The notes below the pieces were generated by a model that saw only the letters and a list, made by a program, of their open reading frames with translations, was not told the DNA's origin and searched no databases. Positions 1 to 12,023 of a stretch of 32,502 nucleotides of DNA are shown here, piece after piece. The translations under genes were made by a program, and so were the position numbers. Origin of the DNA: Octopus bimaculoides (Eukaryota); assembly GCF_001194135.2 (NCBI RefSeq), contig NC_068984.1, forward strand, positions 110,384,745-110,417,246, in the 5' to 3' direction. Every line of letters starts with the position of its first letter. Position 1 is the first letter of the stretch.

Positions 1-134
1 GTATATATATATGTATATAAATATATAGTTTTAGAGAAAAGAACCAAAGTTCATGAACTAATCCATATATATGTATTGATTTTTACTCTCCAATGTTGCT
101 AATATTTATCCCTATTATTATTATTATTATTTTA

Positions 135-222
135 TGTTTTACTTTTGTTTTGCATTTGTACAAGTTGGATCCAAGTCTCACCCAGAGACCTCAAGAGACA
201 ACAAGTTAGAAGTTCATGTAGG

Positions 223-224
<2 letters not shown>
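135..224 (-). mobile_element. Very short 3'-UTR-only copy of Dong/R4-like retrotransposon (subfamily C), flanked by (TTA)n on both sides
   Basis: tttgtacaagttggatccaagtctcacccagagacctcaagagacaacaagttaga closely matches 21822-21880, the 3' UTR of the RLE-encoding copy C; TTA tracts at 113-131 and 225-272. Confidence 0.75.

Positions 225-302
<78 letters not shown>
225..302. repeat. (TTA)n followed by (TA)n microsatellite
   Basis: Direct reading. Confidence 0.95.
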
Positions 303-305
<3 letters not shown>

Positions 306-385
306 CACACACATGCATATGTATGTATATTTGTGTGTATACATCTTTGATGTCTTAATCTCTGCTTTCCATGTACGCATGCCTT

Positions 386-642
386 TCCTGTAACCAACCC
401 TTGTCTGTTTGCAAACAATGTAATATTTTCCCATGGTTAAACAACGTTTTCACAGACGATTGCAAATGAAGGATACTTGTATATGACAGTGACACTCATT
501 TACAACTATTACATAAGGTTTTGATTGGCCAGGAACTATAGTAGAAGACACTTGCCCAAAGTCTCATGCTGTGGGACTGAACCTGAAACCATGTGATCGT
601 GAAGCAAATTCCATAACCACACAGCCATGCTTGTGCCTGCGC
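386..642 (-). mobile_element. tRNA-derived SINE, family A variant
   Basis: Reverse strand reads gcaggcacaagcatggctgtgtggtt...ggtttcaggttcagtcccacagcatgagactttgggcaagtgtcttctactatag, matching the heads at 10674, 22577 and 23952. Confidence 0.75.
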
Positions 643-699
643 ATTCATGTGCAGCGAGAGGTCACTCAGGACAGCCGCTAAGGTCGTAATAAAGGTCAC

Positions 700-828
700 A
701 TTCAGTAAAGTAGTATTTGATACTCAATGAAAGATGAGACGGTCACAGCTGGATTGCTTTTAATGACATGCTAACTTAATTAGAGCTGAACTGGAGCTAA
801 ACCACAACAACAACAATAGCAACCATTA
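700..828 (+). mobile_element. Probable 3' end of a SINE/LINE ending in (CAA)n
   Basis: gagacggtcacagctgg...ctggagctaaaccacaacaacaac resembles a common octopus repeat end (from memory); no second copy in the window. Confidence 0.3.
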
Positions 829-1381
829 AGTGTAGATAAGTTTTGATATATTCTAATGATATATACACCTGTTCAGGTATATATATATATATNNNNNNNN
901 NNNNNNNNNNNNNNNNNNNNNTATATATAAGGATTTATTTTTCGTAATGAGATAAAAAACTAAGGGTGTGTGTATTATAGAACATATATATATATATATA
1001 TATTCTTTTATTTGTTTCAGTCATTTCACTGAGTATGATTTAGGATGGTGGACAAGGATGAACAGTTGGACAAAATACGACCTTGGAGCCAGGGAGACGA
1101 CAATAGTGGATAACGCTTAGAAAATGTCTTGAAGGATGAAGAACGGAGAGACAGAGAATTTGTGATTGGATAGCTACGAGATCAATGTGAAAAAGGAAGG
1201 AAAAGGGGACACACGTGTGTTTGAAAAGATTAATCAAAAGTGCTCACACATTAGTAAAAAATACCTGTTCCCAAAAAAGGTTAGTAACATCCTGATAAAA
1301 GATTTTATAACATTTAAAAAAAGATTTTAACGAAAAAATCACCATTACTCTTCGTAACTGTATTAAGTAATTCTCATAGAC

Positions 1382-1413
<32 letters not shown>

Positions 1414-1414
<1 letters not shown>

Positions 1415-1812
1415 CTGTGGCACTCCATCGGTTACGACGACAAGGGTTCCAGTTGATCCAATCAACGGAACAACCTGCTCGTGAAATCAACGTGCAAGTG
1501 GCTGAGCACGTGTACCCTTAACGAAGTTCTCAGACACGTGTACCCTTAACATAGTTCTCGGGGAGATTCAGCGTGACGCAGAGTGTGACAAGGCTGGCCC
1601 TTTGAAATACAGGTACGACAGAAACAGGAAGAAAGAGTGAGAGAAAGTTGTGGTGAAAGAGTACAACAGGATTTGCCACCAATCCCTGCTGGAGCCTCAT
1701 GAAGCTTTAGGTGTCTTCGCTCAATAAACATTCACAACGCCCGGTCTGGGAGTCGAAACCGCGATCCTATAACCACGAGTTCGCTGCCCTAAACCCTGGG
1801 ACATTGCACCAT
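1414..1812 (-). mobile_element. tRNA-derived SINE, family B
   Basis: Minus-strand head ggtgcaatgtcccagggtttagggcagcg...ggtttcgactcccag has A/B-box-like motifs; 3' body shared with 23621-23790. Confidence 0.8.
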
Positions 1813-1821
1813 ATACACATA

Positions 1822-1825
<4 letters not shown>

Positions 1826-1864
<39 letters not shown>
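1826..1864. repeat. (TTA)n microsatellite
   Basis: Direct reading. Confidence 0.95.
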
Positions 1865-2650
1865 AATAAACACACACGTATATGCATGTATGTATGTTTG
1901 CTTACGTAAAATCATAAATATTTTGGGCATTTATATGACTAATGAAACGTTTAAGTAGAATTATAAGAATCAATGAAATGAGTGTGCATGCATACTTATA
2001 TATACATATTAAAGATTGATGTATAAACATAAAAAATAATCCAGAATAAGTAAAGGCTCAATTAATAGGCGAATAGTAAACTCCAACTAGTTGCTGTAAT
2101 TTAAATGAATTATATATCTCAATTATATAATTATACATTTAATGATGTTTATCTTAATGAAACAGCTGTTGATCACAAAATATGGAGAAAATTTAAAATT
2201 TATGCTTTTCAGTTTTTGTTCAGCACACTCACACACACATAAACATATACCTGTTTGTGTGTATCTGTGTGTGCACACGTGTGTATGCATGTTTGTATTA
2301 TTAATTTTTAACAATAGAATTCGAAGTAGATGAAGCTATAAGTAATAGCGAGCAGATATCGCGTTAAAAAGTCTTTGAATTGAAAAGTCGAAGCCTGCTC
2401 ATGGGACTCGAATTCACGGCTGCTATAAATATGTCAGACGTTCTGCACGCTATTATTTATAGCTTTACCTACATCGCATTCAGCGTGAAAAGCGCATTAT
2501 TTCTTTTCTCCCGATGTTTCTAAATTCTTATGACGTAACCAATTTACACTTCTCTCAAGTAATGCTTCTAAAATGCAATCAATTGATAGCTTTGCTACAA
2601 TGGTAGCCCTCAGCATTCGCTGACGGTGTTGCTTTTGTTGTTTATCCTAG

Positions 2651-2702
2651 GTAGCTTTCATCGTGTCTCAAGCAAGGCCATTCTACATTTGTTTCAACTC
2701 TG
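2651..2702 (+). CDS. Candidate internal exon of unidentified host gene (xSFHRVSSKAILHLFQL+TG)
   Basis: Acceptor gcttttgttgtttatcctag; donor TG|gtacat; ends in phase 2, matching the 1-nt start of exon 6458 (TG+T = Cys). Confidence 0.45.
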
Positions 2703-2890
2703 GTACATGGTATTTACAACTGCGTGATTCAGTATACCACTCATTTCTTTTTAATTATATTTTGAAGACTGTAGGTTATGTATGATTACAGGAAGATTCA
2801 GTTCCTACCTGCTATTTCCAGCAGACTGAATGACTAGGGTGTTTCTTGATGACTTGTCCCTCCTTGACTATAAAAATAGATGACACCTAT

Positions 2891-3470
2891 CTATTTACAT
2901 GTTAGAATGAAATTATACACAAATTTACATAACATGTAAACTCACAGATATTTACATGTTAGCATGTAAACATAGAAATATTTACATTAGCATGCAAGGA
3001 TACAGATATTTACATGCCAGCATGTAAACTTACTCAAAAATAGATACTATATAAACTTCATATATTTACATTAGTATATAACCATGCACATATTTAGATG
3101 TTAGCCTGTAAATATACTGGTGTTTACATGCTAGCATGTTAGTGCATAATCATGCACAAATTTCCATGTTAACATCTAAGCATACACAAATTTACATATT
3201 AGCATGCAAACACACAGATATTTACTAGCTGGCATGTAAGCCTACAGCAATTTACATACTAACATGGACATATAAGCATATTTATGTATTACCATGCAAA
3301 AATACAGATATTTATGTTAGCATGTAAACATACAGATATTTACATAGTAGTATGTGAACTTACAAATGCTTATATCTTACCATGTGAACATGCACTTATT
3401 TACATGTTAGCATGCTCAAACTACAAAATTTACATGTTAGTATGCAAACATACAAGTAATACATTACAAA
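2891..3470. repeat. Degenerate ~29-bp minisatellite, ~19 units, consensus ATTTACATGTTAGCATGTAAACATACAGAT
   Basis: Repeated atttacat...agcatg...aaa...acagat units counted by eye. Confidence 0.85.
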
Positions 3471-4489
3471 CATTCATACTTCACTTCTGAATGGTTTCTT
3501 ACATAAGCAAGTGCTTTCTATTTTTTTTTTAAATAGAAGAATGCTGACCAGACACATTGTAAACTAATTATATCCTACGGGGTTTGTTAGGGATACTGTT
3601 CTGTACTGATAAATCTAAATAACACCTAATAAACAGATAATGTAATTTAATTTATCATCAGTATAAATACCAGACATGTAAGAATAGGATTATATAGTAA
3701 GGTCATGTCCAGGCCAGCGAAAGAGAACAAAAAGTTATAAAAAGGAACGAAAGAAAGAAAATAAATTGAACTCTTTTTAAATCTATTAAAAATAGCATAC
3801 TGCCAATATGCCAGGATAAATAAATGTAGAACAATGCACGCTTACAGAGGCATGAATACACAAATAGATACAGAAGTATAATTATATACTTTTAAACACA
3901 TATGCACACATTCTCACTCGCCCAAACACACACATTTATATATACATACATATATGTGTGTGCGCGTGCATGTGTGTATGTGTGTACGTGTTTGTATATC
4001 TATGAATGTTTGACTGTATGATTGTATGCATATATACAGAGAGTAGGGTAAGTAATGGGAAATATCCAACTATCAGATCAAATACCTTATAGTATTTGGT
4101 TTCGTTCTTTCTTGTCTTGTACTTAAATTTCAATTGCGTCAACCATATGATTCTTCCACCAAGGTGGCAAGGATTGAATTTTTATACACTCACTCGATCT
4201 TTCAGAAATAAGAAAATAATGGTTAAAACCTTCGTAAGTTATCTAAATTATAGTTCGAAATATTCTTGCTAAACTAAAGACAGTAGCTGTATGAGTTCAA
4301 GAAATAATTTGCTCTCCTGCCATCCGAAATATAAAAGGGAAAAAAAGGAATGGGAGGGGCGATGCATACCCTACGCAGACACAGGGATAAAATAAAATTT
4401 AATTTAATAAATATATTTTCAGACGAATTCATATTTCAACAAAAAGTTATCTATGCATATGTAACAAAGAAAAGACATTTTGATTCATC

Positions 4490-5290
4490 CGTCCACTCGT
4501 TTTGAAGACAATCAAACCAAAATAATGGGTTCGAGCCACTCACCCAATGAATATTTCTACCGAAGATTAAATCAAATTTAATCTGTGCCTCGGAAAACCT
4601 AATCTATGCCATTACCTGTAGTATTCAATATATTTCAGTAATCAATATATTAGCCAAACAGGCATATCACTCCGTCGAATAACTACTCTTCACAAAAAAC
4701 AAATCTGCCACCCACAATACAGACAGATACAGGTCAGCGAACACACAGAAAGGTGTGTTAGGAGTCTTAATCCTAACTTCTTAATTTTCCCTTTCTATCA
4801 ATGTTCACAGAACACCTCAGTACAGCCAATAATGAATAAAGAGGCAACTTTCAGTAATAAATATCATCCACAACTTGACATGAACACATAATATAATACA
4901 GAACACGACTAACCTTACCAATAATATCACTAACTCCCATACATCCCATACACCATTCATGTTACAGTGTTATATCTACCATAATTGCACCACCCAAGAA
5001 CTACTTACTTCCCTTACACATAATCTTTTTACTGAGGGACTAGTAGACCCGACACCGTTTGGCAATCGGTGCTCATTCAAAGCCAGTGAACAGCGTTTGA
5101 CGATACCGGTATGACTTTGAATCTCTTTGACAATTCAAAATGATGCCTTTTATTCCTCTTAATTCTACTTCAGTTCTTCTAATTGTATATATTTATCGTT
5201 ACTTATCTTACCGTTACTTTTCACAGAAAAGCCTTTATTTTTTTTATACCCAGTGTGCATATTCGCTTTTTTTCTTCTTACTTTCCCCCA
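4490..5290 (+). mobile_element. Penelope-like element 3' fragment: GIY-YIG endonuclease remnant plus 3' region
   Basis: 4563-4619 KIKSNLICASENLIYAITC; frameshift; 4640-4891 NQYISQTGISLRRITTLHKKQICHPQYRQIQVSEHTERCVRSLNPNFLIFPFYQC...KYHPQLDMNT* (LIY/YIS for GIY/YIG, with PLE-type Cys/His); outer boundaries approximate. Confidence 0.8.
5075..5122 (+). ncRNA. Degenerate minimal hammerhead ribozyme motif (Penelope-type)
   Basis: attcaaagcca-GTGAACA-G-cgtttga-C-GATA-CCGG-TA-tgactttgaat: 10/11-bp stem I, core variants of CUGANGA and GAAA, palindromic ACCGGT, UA cleavage dinucleotide. Confidence 0.6.
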
Positions 5291-5310
5291 TATATATATA
5301 TATATATATA

Positions 5311-6014
5311 NNNNNNNNNNNNNNNNNNNNNNNNNNNNNNNNNNNNNNNNNNNNNNNNNNNNNNNNNNNNNNNNNNNNNNNNNNNNNNNNNNNNNNNNNN
5401 NNNNNNNNNNNNNNNNNNNNNNNNNNNNNNNNNNNNNNNNNNNNNNNNNNNNNNNNNNNNNNNNNNNNNNNNNNNNNNNNNNNNNNNNNNNNNNNNNNNN
5501 NNNNNNNNNNNNNNNNNNNNNNNNNNNNNNNNNNNNNNNNNNNNNNNNNNNNNNNNNNNNNNNNNNNNNNNNNNNNNNNNNNNNNNNNNNNNNNNNNNNN
5601 NNNNNNNNNNNNNNNNNNNNNNNNNNNNNNNNNNNNNNNNNNNNNNNNNNNNNNNNNNNNNNNNNNNNNNNNNNNNNNNNNNNNNNNNNNNNNNNNNNNN
5701 NNNNNNNNNNNNNNNNNNNNNNNNNNNNNNNNNNNNNNNNNNNNNNNNNNNNNNNNNNNNNNNNNNNNNNNNNNNNNNNNNNNNNNNNNNNNNNNNNNNN
5801 NNNNNNNNNNNNNNNNNNNNNNNNNNNNNNNNNNNNNNNNNNNNNNNNNNNNNNNNNNNNNNNNNNNNNNNNNNNNNNNNNNNNNNNNNNNNNNNNNNNN
5901 NNNNNNNNNNNNNNNNNNNNNNNNNNNNNNNNNNNNNNNNNNNNNNNNNNNNNNNNNNNNNNNNNNNNNNNNNNNNNNNNNNNNNNNNNNNNNNNNNNNN
6001 NNNNNNNNNNNNNN
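5311..6014. other. Assembly gap (other gaps: 893-921, 7862-8760, 10113-10547, 11535-11873, 16476-16485, 21471-21604, 24531-24760, 25565-25633, 26600-26609)
   Basis: Runs of N, almost all bounded by microsatellites. Confidence 1.
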
Positions 6015-6457
6015 ATATATATATATATATATATATATATATACTATTTAAATCTACCTCATCTTCACATGCAATTAAACAGCATTTTTAATTAGCATGC
6101 AAATTTTGGCATATCATTTAATGGTTACACGTCTGTTTGATGAGGAAGCTAATAAATCTGTGAAACCCAGTTGCAAAGGTGTTGCTCTTTGTTTGCTAAA
6201 AATATGTTTATAATTACATATCTATCCATTATAAATACGTTCTAGTAAATTCAAATGTGAATACTTCACAACTGTTGATTGCTCGTCATCGGAAAATGTC
6301 TCCTCCCTTTTGACGATGTGTTTATAATGTTTTCATACTTCCAGGCACTAAAACAACGAGATTTAATTTAATATTTGCTACCATAACTGGCGTGGGGCTT
6401 TAGGACGATTATGAATCATTACATAATGCTATAATGCTTCACTATGTTTTATATTAG

Positions 6458-6587
6458 TGCTATCAAACTAAGTTGGCTTAATCTGTATAAGAAAAAAGGA
6501 AGGTTATTAAGAGGTGCATATTCCAAGCATCATCCCCAATCGGTCATGCTTGGAGAAGATGATACTTCTGCAAAAATGACTGGATAT
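6458..6587 (+). CDS. Internal exon of unidentified host gene (AIKLSWLNLYKKKGRLLRGAYSKHHPQSVMLGEDDTSAKMTGY)
   Basis: Acceptor tatgttttatattag; only one open frame (1+43 codons); donor TAT|gtatccta; phase 0 end matches exon 9105. Confidence 0.65.
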
Positions 6588-6904
6588 GTATCCTAGGTAT
6601 CTACAAATTTGAACATAGATTTGATCATTTTGAACAAATTTGAACATTTAATTTTTTTAAATAGTTTGTGTTGCTATTTCTCGAATCTCTCCACGTATAT
6701 GTAACCTTGCCTCTGTTTTAAATGCGCCGATATCCTTGAATAGAAAAATCGTTTTTGTTTTGTTTGTTTAGACATTTACATTGGTTTTCATTCATTCTTT
6801 ACTAGATATGCTTGTAATTTTACAACAAATGTTTTATAATAATTTTTATCACAATTTCCTGTTTGCACATAATACAAACAACTCTCTATCAGTTGTATTC
6901 GTAT

Positions 6905-7180
6905 TTTTATTAGCGTTTGGATGTTGTATTCAAAATAAAATCTTTACTGTTGTTGTTTTCCCCATTAGTCTTGCTAAAGCACAAAGCTTCTGAAAATATT
7001 AAAACTATTACTTGCAACAGGAACAGCAAGAGCATTGATAATTATTAACCTATTGTTAGCATTTAACTTAGTTCTAATTATTAATCAAATGCGTCTTTAA
7101 CATTCCTTTCTCAAATGTTTTCCTATTTGCAAATCTGTGTGTGGTTGGTTTAAGTCTCCTCTCACTATTTCTGTATTTTA
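6905..7180 (-). mobile_element. Old Dong/R4-like RT-region remnant
   Basis: Minus strand 7117-6995 reads HLRKEC*RRI*LIIRTKLNANNRLIIINALAVPVASNSFNI, like the R4-clade motif RRVRLILRTELNAKNKIIAINTLAVPV.YSF; QHPNAN further downstream. Confidence 0.55.
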
Positions 7181-7692
7181 CATGATAATTGTTTTTGTAA
7201 TTAATATTTCGCTTTTCAAGATACTTTGGTTCAATTTTCCCAACTAAAATTCATAACATTTCTCCACTGAATTCATTCTATGAAACTGTGTTTCTTGTTT
7301 CTGTCGTTTGCAGCCTATTCCATAAAGTTGAGTACTCGTAGAAAGATAGATGTTTGAATATTCCTGTACAGAGATAGACATTTGAGTATTTTTTGGCAAA
7401 GTTAGAAATTTTAATACTCCTGGACAGAAATAAACGATTGAATACTTCTAGACAAAAGAAAAAAAAAATGGTTAGGGCAAGAAATTTGAAGAACCAGCAG
7501 TAAGTGCCTCTACGTGGTCGTTACATCTGTTTAGAAAACAACCAAATCTCTCCCTTGTAGCACACTTTAATCTCTAGCATAAAAGGATATTTGACCTATG
7601 ACGACCAAAGCTATGGTGGCTTTGAGTATATGTGCATTTCATTCAGATTGACATGTAGCTAAACGACATCAAACAATTGTTCTACCTTAGGA

Positions 7693-7767
7693 ACAACAAC
7701 AACAACAACAAGAATAACAAAAACAACAACAGTGACAGCAGTAACAATGTCAGTAGAAATAATAATA

Positions 7768-7807
<40 letters not shown>

Positions 7808-7818
7808 TGATAATAATA

Positions 7819-7861
<43 letters not shown>
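7693..7861. repeat. (AAC)/(AAT)n microsatellite running into an assembly gap
   Basis: Direct reading. Confidence 0.95.
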
Positions 7862-9104
7862 NNNNNNNNNNNNNNNNNNNNNNNNNNNNNNNNNNNNNNN
7901 NNNNNNNNNNNNNNNNNNNNNNNNNNNNNNNNNNNNNNNNNNNNNNNNNNNNNNNNNNNNNNNNNNNNNNNNNNNNNNNNNNNNNNNNNNNNNNNNNNNN
8001 NNNNNNNNNNNNNNNNNNNNNNNNNNNNNNNNNNNNNNNNNNNNNNNNNNNNNNNNNNNNNNNNNNNNNNNNNNNNNNNNNNNNNNNNNNNNNNNNNNNN
8101 NNNNNNNNNNNNNNNNNNNNNNNNNNNNNNNNNNNNNNNNNNNNNNNNNNNNNNNNNNNNNNNNNNNNNNNNNNNNNNNNNNNNNNNNNNNNNNNNNNNN
8201 NNNNNNNNNNNNNNNNNNNNNNNNNNNNNNNNNNNNNNNNNNNNNNNNNNNNNNNNNNNNNNNNNNNNNNNNNNNNNNNNNNNNNNNNNNNNNNNNNNNN
8301 NNNNNNNNNNNNNNNNNNNNNNNNNNNNNNNNNNNNNNNNNNNNNNNNNNNNNNNNNNNNNNNNNNNNNNNNNNNNNNNNNNNNNNNNNNNNNNNNNNNN
8401 NNNNNNNNNNNNNNNNNNNNNNNNNNNNNNNNNNNNNNNNNNNNNNNNNNNNNNNNNNNNNNNNNNNNNNNNNNNNNNNNNNNNNNNNNNNNNNNNNNNN
8501 NNNNNNNNNNNNNNNNNNNNNNNNNNNNNNNNNNNNNNNNNNNNNNNNNNNNNNNNNNNNNNNNNNNNNNNNNNNNNNNNNNNNNNNNNNNNNNNNNNNN
8601 NNNNNNNNNNNNNNNNNNNNNNNNNNNNNNNNNNNNNNNNNNNNNNNNNNNNNNNNNNNNNNNNNNNNNNNNNNNNNNNNNNNNNNNNNNNNNNNNNNNN
8701 NNNNNNNNNNNNNNNNNNNNNNNNNNNNNNNNNNNNNNNNNNNNNNNNNNNNNNNNNNNNTATATATATATATATATATATATACATATATATGAGTACC
8801 ATGAAATCTTTGATTTAAAGAAATGAGCTCTTGGAGTCTGGAATGCATACAGTCATTTTGCAATGTTATGGTTCATAGTAGATTTTGTGAGAGATAATGT
8901 GAGACATCACGTTACAGACTGCTATATCGTAGCAAGATTTGCATTATGTTATCTATGTTAGCCGCCGTGGGAACTTTTGTCATCTTGTCATCTATACTGT
9001 AATTATCAATATTGTTGTCAATCTGATCTGAAACGATAGACTGTATCTCTATAGTAAATGATTTGTTCATCCGTGTGTAAGTTAGTATTTTATTTACATT
9101 ATAG

Positions 9105-9178
9105 GAATACGATTCCAAAAAAGAATGGCCATATAAAGGCGTATTTTTATGCTCATTCTTCTATGATATGACATCCAT
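9105..9178 (+). CDS. Internal exon of unidentified host gene (EYDSKKEWPYKGVFLCSFFYDMTS+AT)
   Basis: Acceptor gtattttatttacattatag; 24 codons + 2 nt; donor CAT|gtatccat; AT+G of the next exon gives Met. Confidence 0.6.
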
Positions 9179-10593
9179 GTATCCATTTTGGATAAGCTGA
9201 TCGTAGTTTGAAATTTTATTTCGATGAAACCCAATCCAATCTCTTGGTAGAATTTTTCTGCTGAAGAGACGTTCAATTCCGTTTATTCACTTCCATACAA
9301 TCGAAGTCAATAAAGGTTACATAATACAAGTGTAAACTGGAATGGTAGTGAGCATCGATGATAACTGCCTCCATAAACTGTTTCCTGACACTCAATAGTC
9401 CCCTGCCACTTTAACTGTTTGGAATGCACAATCATTATATGTCAGATTTATTGCATCGTATATGATGATATTTTGAGAAAATTCCTTGTATTACACTCTA
9501 TAGTGTCTGCTTTATCATATTCTAGTCTAATTCTGAAAAGCCATATGTTATGGCTACTGCTGCAAATGTATTAATGATATATGATATTTTGGTGATTTAA
9601 GGCTTCAGAATATTTTAAATTGTATCAATATATTCATTCGTGTATTGCCCTTTATATTTCTTTCATAAAGTCCTCTACTTCCTCTTACATAAGTACAAAT
9701 ACTAACAAAATACATAATTAAACGGGGTCTATATTATTCCCTATGGATGGAGGCCCAAGTCATCTGTGTAACTTGCTAGCCTATCTTGCTGTATTGTTAA
9801 CTCACTGTATTTTCCTGTGCACTGTCTTCCCTAAAATGTTTACTAGGAGTCTTTTAAGCTGATGAGAATTTGCACATGAATTTTAAGCCATCCTCGTAAT
9901 GGATTAACATGATCCTCTGTTTTCAGTTTGTACCACAAATTGACATTTTCTAAAAAAAAATAATTCAAACGATAACCATAAATAAAATGTAAAATAAAAA
10001 TTTCCACATTATTATTTTTAAATGTTCCACCATTACACTACAGTGTCAAGAATGGCTAATATGGAATTAGTAATGCAGATAAACACAGGCTTGATATATA
10101 TATATATATATANNNNNNNNNNNNNNNNNNNNNNNNNNNNNNNNNNNNNNNNNNNNNNNNNNNNNNNNNNNNNNNNNNNNNNNNNNNNNNNNNNNNNNNN
10201 NNNNNNNNNNNNNNNNNNNNNNNNNNNNNNNNNNNNNNNNNNNNNNNNNNNNNNNNNNNNNNNNNNNNNNNNNNNNNNNNNNNNNNNNNNNNNNNNNNNN
10301 NNNNNNNNNNNNNNNNNNNNNNNNNNNNNNNNNNNNNNNNNNNNNNNNNNNNNNNNNNNNNNNNNNNNNNNNNNNNNNNNNNNNNNNNNNNNNNNNNNNN
10401 NNNNNNNNNNNNNNNNNNNNNNNNNNNNNNNNNNNNNNNNNNNNNNNNNNNNNNNNNNNNNNNNNNNNNNNNNNNNNNNNNNNNNNNNNNNNNNNNNNNN
10501 NNNNNNNNNNNNNNNNNNNNNNNNNNNNNNNNNNNNNNNNNNNNNNNTATATATATGTATATATATGTATATATATATGTTTGTATATATATA

Positions 10594-10624
<31 letters not shown>

Positions 10625-10673
10625 GTCTATGTATATATATATATATATATATGTATGCCTATCTATCTATATA

Positions 10674-10756
10674 GGCGCAGGCGTGGCTCTGCGTTAAGCT
10701 TACTTTCCAACCACATAGTTCCGGGTCCAGTCCCACTGCATGGCACTTTAGGCAAG
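10674..10756 (+). mobile_element. SINE family A head only
   Basis: ggcgcaggcgtggctctgcg...ccacatagttccgggtccagtcccactgcatggcactttaggcaagt; truncated by a microsatellite. Confidence 0.75.
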
Positions 10757-10965
<209 letters not shown>

Positions 10966-11873
10966 TGTATGTATAAATACATGTTTATATTCCAACATAC
11001 AATATGCATACCGACACAGAGAGCACAATAGTCAAGCTTTCTCAAAAGCATTGTTAATAAATGTATTCAATGTAAATATTTGTATTTGTGTGTGTGTGTG
11101 TGTGTGCATGCATGCGTGCACATATGAGTGCGTATTTGTGAATGTGTATGTAAAATAGGACCGATCTATCATTAAGAAATGCGTTCCATGCATATTTGTA
11201 AAACATATGGTCAGCTGTTCATTTGTTCAAACATGCAAATTATAAATGCCTTCTGTATTTGTAAATGTATATATTCACTTTGTGACAAAGTGATATATCA
11301 TCTAAATGAATATATAAACACCATGGAACGTATTTTTTCATTGATATAGATATCTATATGAGTTTCATACACACACACACACATTATATACACATATACA
11401 TATATATAGATATAGTTCAAAAACACAATAACAAAAAAACAAAAAAACAACAAAGTGAGGACGTGATATGGATAGTATTATTGGACGCTCAGGAAAGGAA
11501 AGAGAGAAGATATACATACATACATATATATATANNNNNNNNNNNNNNNNNNNNNNNNNNNNNNNNNNNNNNNNNNNNNNNNNNNNNNNNNNNNNNNNNN
11601 NNNNNNNNNNNNNNNNNNNNNNNNNNNNNNNNNNNNNNNNNNNNNNNNNNNNNNNNNNNNNNNNNNNNNNNNNNNNNNNNNNNNNNNNNNNNNNNNNNNN
11701 NNNNNNNNNNNNNNNNNNNNNNNNNNNNNNNNNNNNNNNNNNNNNNNNNNNNNNNNNNNNNNNNNNNNNNNNNNNNNNNNNNNNNNNNNNNNNNNNNNNN
11801 NNNNNNNNNNNNNNNNNNNNNNNNNNNNNNNNNNNNNNNNNNNNNNNNNNNNNNNNNNNNNNNNNNNNNNNNN

Positions 11874-11906
<33 letters not shown>

Positions 11907-11963
11907 TGTATGTGTGTATGTGTGTGTGTGTGTGCATGTGTGTGTGTATGTGTGTGTGTATGG

Positions 11964-12005
<42 letters not shown>

Positions 12006-12022
12006 GCATTTATCTATCTATC
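11874..12022. repeat. (GT)n then (CTAT)n microsatellites
   Basis: Direct reading. Confidence 0.95.
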
Positions 12023-12023
12023 T

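Noticed and set aside
2330-2600. CpG-containing stretch with TGACGTAA and CCAAT as a promoter
   Set aside because: Short motifs expected by chance; the adjacent exon looks internal and has no in-frame ATG
6130-6175. TGATGAG...GAAAC as another hammerhead
   Set aside because: No stem I or helix III pairing and no adjacent Penelope sequence
6731-6739. ATATCCTTG as an AT-AC U12 donor
   Set aside because: No convincing exon upstream and no matching AC acceptor with branch site identified
8912-9276. Two short minus-strand ORFs (68 and 60 aa)
   Set aside because: No recognisable motifs; they overlap the antisense of the better supported + exon 9105-9178
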